From sequence record DRR378314_1024: a stretch of 37,865 bases of DNA. One strand, 5' to 3'. Below are positions 10,426 through 22,488 of the stretch, one piece after another. Both the position numbers and the translations under genes were made by a program. The notes beneath the pieces are model-generated. The model made no database searches. It worked only from the letters and a program-made list of their open reading frames with translations, and had not been told where the DNA came from. Position 1 is the first letter of the stretch; the number at the start of each line of letters is the position of its first letter.

Positions 10426-12087
10426 TCGCTTCTGGCCGGTTAAAAGGTGCCCGAGAATGGCGTCTTTGTCTTTCATTCCCAGTTTGTCGCTAATTTGGGT
10501 AAGCTTTATTACGCGATGGTAGAAACGTGCTTTCCGTCGGTTGTACTGGCTTTCGGTGAGTTTTGTTTTGTTCAGCTGGTCAATTTCTTCGGTAAGAGTT
10601 TGCAGTAAGCTTTGATAACGCGCTTTTAAATTGGTTGGATAAATAAGCCGATAAGCAACTAACGAAAGTAGGGGGGCGGCAACGACTGCCAGAGCAACAC
10701 TTACTGAATGATCCAGATGGAACGAGTAACCTAAAGACGGCTGCATTAGCAGTAAAAAGACCAGATTGAAGTCCATACTGCCGTTTGCTGTTTTTTGATG
10801 TGACATAGGAAAACCCGCCAGCAAAATAACCGGCATTAAAGCAACCAGCATCCATAAAATGGAGCCCTGGTACTGCCAGACCGTTGCCTGTATAAGCACC
10901 GCTGTCAGCGCGCCGGCGCACTGCCCGAAAAACACATATCTCATGGTTAATGCCGGGTTGTCTGCGGTGGAAAACAGCGTCAACATAACCGATGCGCCCA
11001 GCATTAAATAAGCGAACTGAAATAATCCGGTATACCACCAGCTTGCGCCAATGAGCCCCATAATAACTAACGTTCGTATGGCGGCTTGGCGTGCACCCAA
11101 CCAGTCGCGGTGCAAAATGGTTTTGCTGAGTAAGGTGGAAGTAGCAGTTTTGCCCGAATCACGAAAAGATAACCGGTCATTGGTTGCTTCAACGAATTCA
11201 TTAAAGCGCTTTTTCAACGCGGTGTTTTTAATGGATTCCAGAGCAGTTTTGAGAGGTTCTACAATTTCGGAACGTTTAGCGGAAGCATTTAATTTATTTG
11301 ACGCATCGAGTAAGTAATCGCTTACTTTTTTGTTTTTTTCTGGCTCCTGAATATTCAGTTCAGCCAGAAATCCCAGTTGGCTGTTAATGACCAAGCGTAA
11401 CGTTTTGGCCGATTCATGAGCACTGACAGAGCCGGTGCCGTGATCGAGTAGTTGAGCTTCGAGGGCCGCCAGTTTTGATAACTTATCGGCAAGGTTTAAA
11501 TCGTTATTATCCGGTTCGGCGAAGTAACGACTAATATCGTGCAAGTTAGCTGCGGTTTGTCGGCGAAGTTGGTTAATTAAGCTTTGTTCCGCTCTTTTAT
11601 AAGTAAAAGCCCAGCCAATAACGAGTGATGTCATAATGCCGACAAAAACCGTGAGTAGACGGTCAATTCCGAGGGGCATAAGTGCGTCAGGGTTTTGTGT
11701 TAGCAACACCACCATGGAAGCTGAATACCCGGCAAGTATGGTGCCGTAAGAAATAAGCCCGTGCAGTAAATTGCCCGTGTAGACACAAAGCGATACCCAC
11801 AGAGTTAAGCCCGCCACCAGCCAAATGATTTCGCCACTGGCAGAAACAACCAGCACCATACCGAACATAGTCCCTAAAAGAGTGCCTAACGCCCGGTATG
11901 CGGCCTTTTCTATAAGAAGACCACGAGTTGGCTGGGAAACAGCCCAAACCGTCATAGCAGACCATTGAGGATGCTCTAAGCCCATAGCCCAGGCAATAAT
12001 AAGAGATAAGCAGGCAGCAACGCCGGTTCGGAAGCCAAACCGCAGGCGAACATAGTCAAACCCCCATTGCGCTAACTTGTCTTTCAC
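10408..12087 (-). CDS. FUSC-family (fusaric acid resistance/AaeB-like) inner-membrane exporter subunit
   Basis: HPQWSAMTVWAVSQP..G..IEKAAYRALGTLLG, two hydrophobic blocks; GTG start with AAGGAG RBS. Confidence 0.85.
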   Translation of the reverse strand: MKDKLAQWGFDYVRLRFGFRTGVAACLSLIIAWAMGLEHPQWSAMTVWAVSQPTRGLLIEKAAYRALGTLLGTMFGMVLVVSASGEIIWLVAGLTLWVSLCVYTGNLLHGLISYGTILAGYSASMVVLLTQNPDALMPLGIDRLLTVFVGIMTSLVIGWAFTYKRAEQSLINQLRRQTAANLHDISRYFAEPDNNDLNLADKLSKLAALEAQLLDHGTGSVSAHESAKTLRLVINSQLGFLAELNIQEPEKNKKVSDYLLDASNKLNASAKRSEIVEPLKTALESIKNTALKKRFNEFVEATNDRLSFRDSGKTATSTLLSKTILHRDWLGARQAAIRTLVIMGLIGASWWYTGLFQFAYLMLGASVMLTLFSTADNPALTMRYVFFGQCAGALTAVLIQATVWQYQGSILWMLVALMPVILLAGFPMSHQKTANGSMDFNLVFLLLMQPSLGYSFHLDHSVSVALAVVAAPLLSLVAYRLIYPTNLKARYQSLLQTLTEEIDQLNKTKLTESQYNRRKARFYHRVIKLTQISDKLGMKDKDAILGHLLTGQKRLNSTG

Positions 12088-12121
12088 TGGTGCTCCTTAG
12101 TTGTACGACTAAGAAAAAGCT

Positions 12122-13498
12122 TTATTTACCAATACAAAACGAACCAAAAATCTGGCCAAGGAGATCATCGGAAGTGAATTCGCCGGTAATTTCATTGAGG
12201 TGCTGTTGAGTTAGACGCAGTTCTTCTGCCAGTATTTCACCTGCCATATTGGCTTCTAACTGTTCCTGACCTTGCAGTAGATGTACTTTCGCTTTAGCCA
12301 GAGCCTCTAGATGGCGGCGTCTTGCCATGAAACTGCCTTCGGAGGTTGCACTGTAACCAACACAATGTTTTAGGTGTTCACGCAGTAGCTCTATGCCGTG
12401 TCCGGTTTTGGCGGAAAGATGAATAACCGGAATGTTATTGTGTTCATCTATACCCGTGGGCTCTTCCGATAAATCGACTTTATTGCGAATAACGGTGTAG
12501 GGCATGTCCTCGGGTAGTTGTGCGAAAAATTCTGGCCAAATATCGTCGGGATGAATGGCAGAGGTTTCCTGACTGTCGACCATAAACAGCACGCGGTCAG
12601 CCTGGCGTATTTCATCCCAGGCGCGTTCAATACCAATTTTCTCAACATGGTCAGGGCTTTCGCGTAAACCTGCGGTATCGATAATATGCAGCGGCATACC
12701 GTCTATTTGAATGTGCTCCCGCAGAACATCGCGAGTGGTTCCTGCTATTTCCGTTACAATAGCTGATTCACGACCCGCCAGCGCGTTAAGCAAGCTGGAC
12801 TTACCCGCATTGGGGCGTCCGGCAATAACAATGCGCATGCCTTCGCGCATGAGCGTGCCTTGCTTGGCTTCCTGTTCTATGTGGAACAGCTGGTCGATAA
12901 TTTCAGCTAAATTGCCGGATACTTTGCCATCGGAAAGAAAATCGATTTCTTCATCAGGAAAGTCGATAGCCGCTTCAACGTATATTCTCAGGTGAATAAC
13001 GGCGTCTACCAACTGATCAATTTTATGAGAAAACTCACCTTTTAGGCTTTGTAAGGCGGCTTTTGCGGCCTGCTCTGAGTTGGTATCAATTAGGTCGGCA
13101 ATGGCTTCTGCCTGGGTGAGATCGAGCTTGTCGTTTAAGAATGCTCGTTCGCTAAACTCACCGGGACGAGCAGGGCGAATACCGGGAATTTCCAGTATTG
13201 CTCGAATTATCATATCGATAATAACCGGCCCACCATGGCCTTGCAGTTCTAAGACATCTTCTCCGGTAAAGGAGTTTGGACCCAGGAAAAAGAGCGCTAT
13301 GCCTTCGTCCAACAGTTGTTTCTGTAAATCGTAAAACGGCAGGTACTCTGCTTTACGAGGCTTGGGGCAGTGACCTAACAGCTTTTCTGCAACCTCTTTA
13401 CAGGCTTTTCCGCTCACGCGAACAATACCAACACCGCCGCGTCCGGGAGGCGTTGCCTGAGCTACTATGGTGTCGTCAAAATCTGTTTCAGTTTGCAT
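12122..13498 (-). CDS. mnmE: tRNA modification GTPase MnmE (TrmE)
   Basis: [41 protein letters not shown]-terminal FCIGK; ATG at 13498 has a GGGAG RBS. Confidence 0.97.
   Translation of the reverse strand: MQTETDFDDTIVAQATPPGRGGVGIVRVSGKACKEVAEKLLGHCPKPRKAEYLPFYDLQKQLLDEGIALFFLGPNSFTGEDVLELQGHGGPVIIDMIIRAILEIPGIRPARPGEFSERAFLNDKLDLTQAEAIADLIDTNSEQAAKAALQSLKGEFSHKIDQLVDAVIHLRIYVEAAIDFPDEEIDFLSDGKVSGNLAEIIDQLFHIEQEAKQGTLMREGMRIVIAGRPNAGKSSLLNALAGRESAIVTEIAGTTRDVLREHIQIDGMPLHIIDTAGLRESPDHVEKIGIERAWDEIRQADRVLFMVDSQETSAIHPDDIWPEFFAQLPEDMPYTVIRNKVDLSEEPTGIDEHNNIPVIHLSAKTGHGIELLREHLKHCVGYSATSEGSFMARRRHLEALAKAKVHLLQGQEQLEANMAGEILAEELRLTQQHLNEITGEFTSDDLLGQIFGSFCIGK
12873..12888. promoter_or_regulatory. 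Degenerate parS-like site inside mnmE
   Basis: TGTTCTATGTGGAACA, 14/16 match to TGTTCCACGTGGAACA. Confidence 0.45.
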
Positions 13499-13519
13499 TT
13501 TTGCTGCTCCCAAAAGGAC

Positions 13520-13545
13520 TAAAGCCCGGCATTAGCCGGGCCTTA
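13520..13545 (-). terminator. Hairpin/weak terminator between yidC and mnmE
   Basis: Minus strand TAAGGCCCGGC-TAAT-GCCGGGCTTTA with a short U-tract. Confidence 0.55.
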
Positions 13546-13553
13546 ATGCTGGA

Positions 13554-15215
13554 CTACTTCTTGTTTCGAACGTTAATCCCTTTCTTTTCTAACCCACGGT
13601 AAATGATCAGCATTTGTGCAATGGTAATCAAGTTACTGACCAGCCAGTACAGTACCAGACCCGATGGGAACCACAGGAAGAATACGGTAAAGATAACCGG
13701 CATATATTGAAACAGTTTCTGTTGCATTGGGTCAGCCGTCGGTGTTGGCTGCAGTCGCTGCATTAAGAACATACTGGCACCCATTAAAATAGGCAGGATG
13801 TAGTATGGGTCTTTGGTTGACAGATCCTGTATCCAGAACACAAAAGCAGAATGGCGCAGCTCAACACTTTCCAATAGCACCCAGTATAGCGCCAGGAAGA
13901 TTGGAAGCTGCAACAGCATAGGCAGACAGCCGCCCAGAGGATTTACTTTTTCCTCTTTGTAGAGCTTCATCATGGCGCCTGACATCTTCTGTCTGTCGTC
14001 ACCATAACGTTCACGCAGAGCCGTCATTTTTGGCTGCAGCATGCGCATCTTAGCCATTGAAACGTATTGTGCCTTAGTTAGCGGGAACAATAGCGCTTTA
14101 ACAATAACTGTGGTCAGGATAATAGCCAGACCCCAGTTAATAACGATGCTTTGTAAGAACTGCAGCAGTTTGAATATCGGTTGAGCTAACCACCATAGGA
14201 AACCATAGTCGACGGTTAAGTCCAGATACTCGACGACTTCAGCCATGGCGTCTTGGTCTTTTGGACCCAGAAATACTTGAGACTCAATCGTTTTGGAGCT
14301 GCCTGGCTGAATATCAGTCATTGGATAAATGACACCGATAATTGCCTGGCTGCCATTGGCTACTCGAGAATAAAGACGATTTTGCTGACCTTGTTTCGGC
14401 ACCCAGGCTGACACGAAATAGTGCTCAAGCATTCCGACCCAACCAGTTTGCGAAGTAACGTTCAGCTTTTTGTCCTGCATGCTGTCGAAATCGTATTTTT
14501 CGAACTTGTCTTCATCGTAGGAATAAGCTGCACCAAAATAGGTAGGCATGATCATACTGCCACTTTCGCCTGAGTGTACGGAACGTTTTAATTGGCCGTA
14601 AAATTGGGTTTCAAGCGTTTTGCTGGTGTTATTTTCTACTTCGTACCGAACGTCAACAGTGTATTTTCCTGGCGTGAAGGTAAATACTTTACGATAAACA
14701 GCGCCGTTCTCAGCCGTATAGGTTAAAGGAACTTCAATAACCTCGCTTGTAGACTCGTAGCTTTCTTGTTCGTAGTTATAAGAAGGGCGGCCGTCTTTGC
14801 CATCAATTCCGTCCGGGCCAATTAGGCCTGACTGAGCGACGTAAACGTTGTTTGAACTGTTTTGCAGAAGCTGAAAGCGTTCTTCAGAACCCTGAGTTTT
14901 CGCAAATTTGAGTAAGTGAGTCGAAACAACATCACCACCGCGGGTATCTATCTCAACATCTAACACGTCGGTGCGAACGTGAACTGTGGTTTCAGCCCGC
15001 TGAGCTACAACCGGCTGATGACTTTCCGGGACGTCTGCCGAAACGGCTGAACTGCCTGAGGGCACATCGCTGTTTTCAGCGTTATTGCTCGATTGTGTTG
15101 AGGTAACGTTTTCAGGTGCTTTTGTTCCGGGTGCGGTTTCCACCATCCAATTCTGGTATAGGAAGAAAGACACCACTAAAAAGGCAATAAATAATATCGT
15201 GCGTGGCGAATTCAT
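13554..15215 (-). CDS. yidC: Membrane protein insertase YidC
   Basis: [40 protein letters not shown]. Confidence 0.97.
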   Translation of the reverse strand: MNSPRTILFIAFLVVSFFLYQNWMVETAPGTKAPENVTSTQSSNNAENSDVPSGSSAVSADVPESHQPVVAQRAETTVHVRTDVLDVEIDTRGGDVVSTHLLKFAKTQGSEERFQLLQNSSNNVYVAQSGLIGPDGIDGKDGRPSYNYEQESYESTSEVIEVPLTYTAENGAVYRKVFTFTPGKYTVDVRYEVENNTSKTLETQFYGQLKRSVHSGESGSMIMPTYFGAAYSYDEDKFEKYDFDSMQDKKLNVTSQTGWVGMLEHYFVSAWVPKQGQQNRLYSRVANGSQAIIGVIYPMTDIQPGSSKTIESQVFLGPKDQDAMAEVVEYLDLTVDYGFLWWLAQPIFKLLQFLQSIVINWGLAIILTTVIVKALLFPLTKAQYVSMAKMRMLQPKMTALRERYGDDRQKMSGAMMKLYKEEKVNPLGGCLPMLLQLPIFLALYWVLLESVELRHSAFVFWIQDLSTKDPYYILPILMGASMFLMQRLQPTPTADPMQQKLFQYMPVIFTVFFLWFPSGLVLYWLVSNLITIAQMLIIYRGLEKKGINVRNKK

Positions 15216-15523
15216 AGTGATTTCGTCTCTGTTGGCTGATTTAGTAAAGATTCGGATTCGCTGTTATTTTCTGGCTTGGCGTCTTGCTTAGCAAGTGGAA
15301 CCGGGTCGTAGCCGCCCTCATGAGCTGGGTGACATTTACTGATTCTTACTGCAGCAAGGCCAATGCCACGGATTGTACCGTGTTTTTGTATGGCCTCACA
15401 GGCATAATGTGAGCAAGATGGATAAAAACGACAACGCGGGCCCAGCAGTGGACTGATAAACCACTGATAAACCTTTATGAACGCGATTGGTATTGTTCGC
15501 AACGCTTTGCTAATTTTCGCCAT
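15212..15523 (-). CDS. yidD: Membrane protein insertion efficiency factor YidD
   Basis: [29 protein letters not shown]...GGYDPVP. Confidence 0.93.
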   Translation of the reverse strand: MAKISKALRTIPIAFIKVYQWFISPLLGPRCRFYPSCSHYACEAIQKHGTIRGIGLAAVRISKCHPAHEGGYDPVPLAKQDAKPENNSESESLLNQPTETKSL

Positions 15524-15852
15524 AAATAATTCAACGTATCCCGTAATGCGGCGTTATCCTGCTCGACAATACCCTGCTTAGCAATAATTACAATGTCGAA
15601 AGCGGGAATTTTATGTTGGCTTAAACGGAAGGTTTCACGTATTTGTCGTTTTATGCGGTTTCGGTCAACTGCGCGCTTAGCTCGCTTTTTGCTGACGGTA
15701 ACACCAATACGTGGATGGCCTAACTCATTGGGGGTTGCCAACATAGTGACATGAGCAGTAACGGCTTTTACAGGAGGGTTTGAGAATACAGTCTGGAAAT
15801 GAGAGGGAGTTAACAGACGTAACTCCCTTCCGTATGAGATACTTTTATGCAC
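15475..15852 (-). CDS. rnpA: Ribonuclease P protein component
   Basis: [24 protein letters not shown] (RNR motif); GTG start overlaps the rpmH stop, so the start is uncertain. Confidence 0.93.
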   Translation of the reverse strand: MHKSISYGRELRLLTPSHFQTVFSNPPVKAVTAHVTMLATPNELGHPRIGVTVSKKRAKRAVDRNRIKRQIRETFRLSQHKIPAFDIVIIAKQGIVEQDNAALRDTLNYLWRKLAKRCEQYQSRS

Positions 15853-15979
15853 TCAGTACTTTACGACCACGTGCACGGCGACGAGCCAGTACTTTGCGGC
15901 CATTTTTTGTTGCCATGCGAGCACGGAAACCGTGTGAACGCTTGCGCTTTAATACGCTTGGTTGAAATGTTCTTTTCAT
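15845..15979 (-). CDS. rpmH: 50S ribosomal protein L34
   Basis: [44 protein letters not shown], 44 aa from ATG at 15979. Confidence 0.98.
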   Translation of the reverse strand: MKRTFQPSVLKRKRSHGFRARMATKNGRKVLARRRARGRKVLSA

Positions 15980-16066
15980 AACTAATATTCCATCGGTCAG
16001 TTTGCTATTTCCCACGCTGGCCGAATAAGTTGAAACCAAACGTGAACGGAATTTTTTAGAGCGCGG

Positions 16067-16095
16067 ATCTTACCGATCTTTTCTCGTTGAGTCAA
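16067..16095 (-). promoter_or_regulatory. Putative sigma70 promoter of the rpmH operon with GC-rich discriminator
   Basis: TTGACT-N17-TAAGAT followed by CCGCGC; overlaps two GATC sites. Confidence 0.7.
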
Positions 16096-16135
16096 TGACC
16101 AGAGGCTTTTTTAGGCAATAAATCCTAAAATAATA

Positions 16136-16196
16136 TAATCCACAATCTGTTGAGATTATAACATTAATAATGTGGATAAAATAACAGTTATTCACT
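16136..16196. promoter_or_regulatory. DnaA box cluster upstream of dnaA
   Basis: TAATCCACA 16136, TGTGGATAA 16171 (perfect box), TTATTCACT 16188. Confidence 0.75.
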
Positions 16197-16288
16197 ATTT
16201 GCTTTATTTTCCGATTTTGAGGCAATGTGGCCTTTTAAGCAATTTATGCGCCAGTTTTGGCTTCAATGGCTATTTTTTAACTCCTTTA

Positions 16289-16316
16289 TTGACGCTGTTT
16301 TCAGGCAGTTTATGCT
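16289..16316 (+). promoter_or_regulatory. Putative sigma70 promoter of dnaA
   Basis: TTGACG-N16-TATGCT; a second -10 (TACAAT) lies at 16339. Confidence 0.6.
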
Positions 16317-16384
16317 AGCGAATATTAGCTGAGTGAAGTACAATCTTTGGTTATGTTTATAAAGAAACGATCCAGGAGAAGAGT

Positions 16385-17749
16385 GTGAATAATTCGCTTT
16401 GGCAACAATGTGCAGAGCGACTGCAATCGGAGTTACCGTTACAGCAGTTCAACACGTGGATCAGACCCCTACAAGCCAAACTCAATGGCGAAACATTAAC
16501 CTTGTTTGCTCCGAATATTTATTCGGTAGACTGGGTGCGTGATAAATACCTGAAAACCATTAATACCTATTTAGAAGTTTTGTGCGATGACAAAGTGCCT
16601 AACGTGGTTTTAAAAGTTGGGGAAGCGTCGCCGGCACAACGTGACAGCGGCTCACCGCAACGCGCAGCTGCAACCCGCAGAAAAACACCTAATTTCTCAT
16701 CAGGTAACACCGATGTGGAAGTGCCTTTTGAAAGCAATATTCATCCGGAATACACCTTCGATAACTTTGTTGAGGGTAAATCAAACCAGTTGGCGCGTGC
16801 GGCCGCTATTCAGGTGGCAGAGAATCCTGGCGGCGTTTATAACCCTCTGTTTGTTTATGGTGGTACCGGTTTAGGTAAAACTCACCTTTTGCATGCGGTT
16901 GGTAATGGCATTATGGCGCACAAAAAGGACGCCAAGGTGTTTTACATTCGGGCTGAGCGTTTTGTGCAGGACATGGTGAACTCTATTCGTAACAGTTCAA
17001 CCAACGAGTTTAAGCGTTACTATCGTTCGGTCGATGCGTTATTGATTGATGACATTCACTTCTTTGCGAATAAAAAAGGTTCGCAGGAAGAGTTTTTCCA
17101 TACCTTTAATGCGTTGTTGGAAGGTAATCAGCAAATCATTATGACCAGCGATCTTTACCCGAAAGAAATAGACGGAGTAGAAGATCGGTTGAAGTCACGT
17201 TTTGGCTGGGGTCTTACCATTGCCATTGAGCCCCCGGAATTAGAAACCCGGGTGGCCATTTTAATGCGTAAAGCTGATGAACGTGGTTTGCATATGCCTC
17301 ACGAAGTGGCGTTTTTCATTGCTAAACGTTTGCGTTCAAATGTTCGGGAGCTGGAAGGCGCATTGAACCGGGTTGTGGCTAATGTGCAACTCACAGGACG
17401 GCCTATAACTATAGACTTTGTCCGTGAAGCTTTGCGTGACTTAATTGCCGCCCAGGAAAAATTAGTTACTATTGATAATATTCAGAAGACGGTAGCGGAA
17501 TACTACAATATTAAGTTAGCCGATATTTTATCAAAACGCCGTAGCCGTTCTGTAGCGCGCCCTCGCCAGTTAGCAATGGCATTAGCTAAGGAATTGACTA
17601 ATCATAGCTTACCGGAGATAGGCGACGCATTCGGCGGTCGTGATCACACAACGGTTTTGCATGCTTGTCGGAAGATACAAGAATTAAAAGATGCGCAGCA
17701 CGACATTAAAGAAGATTATCGAAATCTTATTCGCACATTGTCGTCATAA
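16385..17749 (+). CDS. dnaA: Chromosomal replication initiator DnaA
   Basis: [46 protein letters not shown] start with AGGAG RBS. Confidence 0.98.
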   Translation: MNNSLWQQCAERLQSELPLQQFNTWIRPLQAKLNGETLTLFAPNIYSVDWVRDKYLKTINTYLEVLCDDKVPNVVLKVGEASPAQRDSGSPQRAAATRRKTPNFSSGNTDVEVPFESNIHPEYTFDNFVEGKSNQLARAAAIQVAENPGGVYNPLFVYGGTGLGKTHLLHAVGNGIMAHKKDAKVFYIRAERFVQDMVNSIRNSSTNEFKRYYRSVDALLIDDIHFFANKKGSQEEFFHTFNALLEGNQQIIMTSDLYPKEIDGVEDRLKSRFGWGLTIAIEPPELETRVAILMRKADERGLHMPHEVAFFIAKRLRSNVRELEGALNRVVANVQLTGRPITIDFVREALRDLIAAQEKLVTIDNIQKTVAEYYNIKLADILSKRRSRSVARPRQLAMALAKELTNHSLPEIGDAFGGRDHTTVLHACRKIQELKDAQHDIKEDYRNLIRTLSS

Positions 17750-17780
17750 AAGTATGTCGTTATAAACAGGGGACTCAGTC

Positions 17781-18884
17781 ATGAAATTTTCAATTAACCG
17801 CGATGCTTTTTTAAAGCCGCTGCAGGTTGTAAGTGGCGCTGTTGAACGGCGGCATACCTTACCAATATTGTCGAATTTGTTGCTTCAAGTCGATAATGGC
17901 CAGCTTAAACTAACCGGAACAGACCTTGAGGTTGAACTGGTTTCGGCTGTACCGCTCGAGTCAGCTGATATGGATGCGGCCGTTACCGTACCAGCGAAAA
18001 AGTTGCTGGATATTGTGCGCAGTCTGCCTGAAGGCTCGACCATCGAGTTTACCTCGCAGGAAGACAGTGCCACAGTTAAATCTGGTCGCAGTAAATTTAA
18101 ATTGAGTACCTTATCTTCAGATGACTTTCCAAATATCGACGACTGGAAAAGCGATATCCACCTGGTAACTGAGCAGGCGGTATTAAAAGATTTAATGTTG
18201 AAAACGCATTTCTCCATGGCGAATCAGGACGTGCGCTATTATCTAAACGGCATGTTGTTCGAAACCGATAACGGTATGTTGCGTTCCGTAGCGACCGATG
18301 GCCACCGTTTAGCCATGAGCACTTGTGCTATTGACCAGCCAGGTTTGGCCCAACGCCAGGTTATTGTTCCGCGCAAAGGGGTGGTCGAGTTACTTCGGTT
18401 GTTAGGTGACGACGATCAGGAAGTGTCAGTGTCGATAGGAAATAACCATATTCGTGTGGAAACACCAGAGCTTGTTTTTACAAGTAAGCTGGTAGATGGT
18501 CGTTTCCCTGATTACCGTCGTGTCTTACCGAGCGGTGGAGACAAAGTTATTGTTGCCCATCGCGATGCGTTGCGGCAGTCCTTTGGGCGTGCATCCATTC
18601 TCTCTAATGAAAAGTTTCGCGGTGTGCGTTTGAACTTGAGTAGTGGCGAACTTTGCATTACGGCAACGAACCCCGAGCAGGAACAAGCGGAAGAAGTGAT
18701 AGAAGTGGATTATCAAGGCGATGATCTGGAAATTGGCTTCAACGTTAGCTATTTGCTAGATGTCTTAAATAACATTGATGACGAACAAGTTTCTTTTACT
18801 CTGTCTGACTCAAATAGTAGTGCATTAATTGAACCTCAGCACGACGAGTCTTGCTGTTACGTTATTATGCCGATGCGTTTGTAA
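17781..18884 (+). CDS. dnaN: DNA polymerase III beta sliding clamp
   Basis: LTGTDLEVEL, QDVRYYLNG, VATDGHRLA, C-terminal IMPMRL. Confidence 0.98.
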   Translation: MKFSINRDAFLKPLQVVSGAVERRHTLPILSNLLLQVDNGQLKLTGTDLEVELVSAVPLESADMDAAVTVPAKKLLDIVRSLPEGSTIEFTSQEDSATVKSGRSKFKLSTLSSDDFPNIDDWKSDIHLVTEQAVLKDLMLKTHFSMANQDVRYYLNGMLFETDNGMLRSVATDGHRLAMSTCAIDQPGLAQRQVIVPRKGVVELLRLLGDDDQEVSVSIGNNHIRVETPELVFTSKLVDGRFPDYRRVLPSGGDKVIVAHRDALRQSFGRASILSNEKFRGVRLNLSSGELCITATNPEQEQAEEVIEVDYQGDDLEIGFNVSYLLDVLNNIDDEQVSFTLSDSNSSALIEPQHDESCCYVIMPMRL

Positions 18885-18897
18885 CCCTGCCTCGTAA

Positions 18898-19962
18898 ATG
18901 TTCATTGAGACGTTGAATTTAAGCCACTTCCGAAATTTCTCGGAAGTGGCTCTATCTCCCAGCCCCAAAATTAATATCATAACCGGCGATAATGGTTCCG
19001 GAAAAACCAGTTTGCTTGAAGCTATCTATTTACTCGGTTTTGGTCGTTCTTTTCGGCCGGGTGGTTTTCGTCAGTTGATTAAAGAAGGGAAACCGGGCTT
19101 TACTGTATTTTGCCGTTCCCAAGATTACGCTATAGGTGTAAGACGCAGTACCGATGGTGAACAGTCGCTTAGGTTGAATGGCGCGAACGTTCAGCGCATG
19201 TCTGATGTTGCTCGTTTGGTGCCGGTACAACTATTAACACCTGAATCCGTCGATATATTGTTGGAAGGTCCAGGACAGAGAAGACAGTTTATAGATTGGG
19301 GAGTGTTCCACGTGGAACACTCCTTTTATTCTGACTGGGTTGCGTACACTCAGCTCCTAAAACAAAGAAACAGTTTACTGAAGCAGCGCTCGCTTCCTGT
19401 AAGAGAAGATCGATATTGGAAAGAGCAGTTAGCCTATTATGGCGAGCGCATTAGTAAAAGTCGCGAAAAATACCTAGAAGAACTGAATGATTATATACAA
19501 GAACTAGCGAAATCTTTTCTCTCCGATGTTACAATGGAGGTTCGATTAAAATCGGGCTGGGATACTAGCCAAAGCTTATTTGACGCCTTAGAAAGCCATA
19601 CAGAGAAAGATAAGAAATACGGCTTTACCTCAGTTGGGGCACATAAGGCAGATATAAAAGTGATAGCGGATGGGGTGGAAGTAAAACATCGCCTGTCTCG
19701 CGGACAATTAAAGACCGCGATAACCGCTTTAAAGTTAGCGCAAGGGAAGCATTACCAAAAAATAAAAAGGCAACCCTGCATTTATTTAGTCGATGATTTA
19801 ACGTCAGAGCTTGATTCAAGAAACCAAGCGTTACTCTGTCGTGAGTTAGAAAATCTAGACGCACAAGTGTTTATCACCGCAATTACTGGAAAGCAGTTGT
19901 CGGATAAATTTCAAAAATCACCCCGAATGTTCCACGTGGAACATGGGGTAATAAACGAATGA
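18898..19962 (+). CDS. recF: DNA replication/repair protein RecF
   Basis: GDNGSGKTSLLEAIY, GRSFR, LSRGQLK, LVDDLTSELD. Confidence 0.96.
   Translation: MFIETLNLSHFRNFSEVALSPSPKINIITGDNGSGKTSLLEAIYLLGFGRSFRPGGFRQLIKEGKPGFTVFCRSQDYAIGVRRSTDGEQSLRLNGANVQRMSDVARLVPVQLLTPESVDILLEGPGQRRQFIDWGVFHVEHSFYSDWVAYTQLLKQRNSLLKQRSLPVREDRYWKEQLAYYGERISKSREKYLEELNDYIQELAKSFLSDVTMEVRLKSGWDTSQSLFDALESHTEKDKKYGFTSVGAHKADIKVIADGVEVKHRLSRGQLKTAITALKLAQGKHYQKIKRQPCIYLVDDLTSELDSRNQALLCRELENLDAQVFITAITGKQLSDKFQKSPRMFHVEHGVINE
19304..19319. promoter_or_regulatory. parS: parS site (perfect), inside recF
   Basis: TGTTCCACGTGGAACA; the palindrome extends to 24 bp (19300-19323). Confidence 0.9.
19928..19943. promoter_or_regulatory. 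parS: parS site (perfect), 3' end of recF
   Basis: TGTTCCACGTGGAACA. Confidence 0.9.
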
Positions 19963-22395
<2,433 letters not shown>

Positions 22396-22428
22396 GCTTA
22401 ACAGCGACATTAGCAAGCGACAGGCAAC

Positions 22429-22464
22429 AAAAAAGCCGGCTCATGAAAATGAAGCCGGCTTTTT
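22429..22464. terminator. Bidirectional Rho-independent terminator between gyrB and glyS
   Basis: AAAAAAGCCGGCT...AGCCGGCTTTTT. Confidence 0.88.
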
Positions 22465-22488
22465 ATTTATTAAAAATCAAAGTGTTAG

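Noticed and set aside
15631..15646. parS-like GGTTTCACGT in rnpA (and CACGTGGATCA in dnaA near 16453)
   Set aside because: Half-sites only; the other arm has too many mismatches.
15980..16039. N-terminal extension of L34 in the ORF track
   Set aside because: The canonical MKRTFQPS start is at 15979; the upstream part is 5' UTR.
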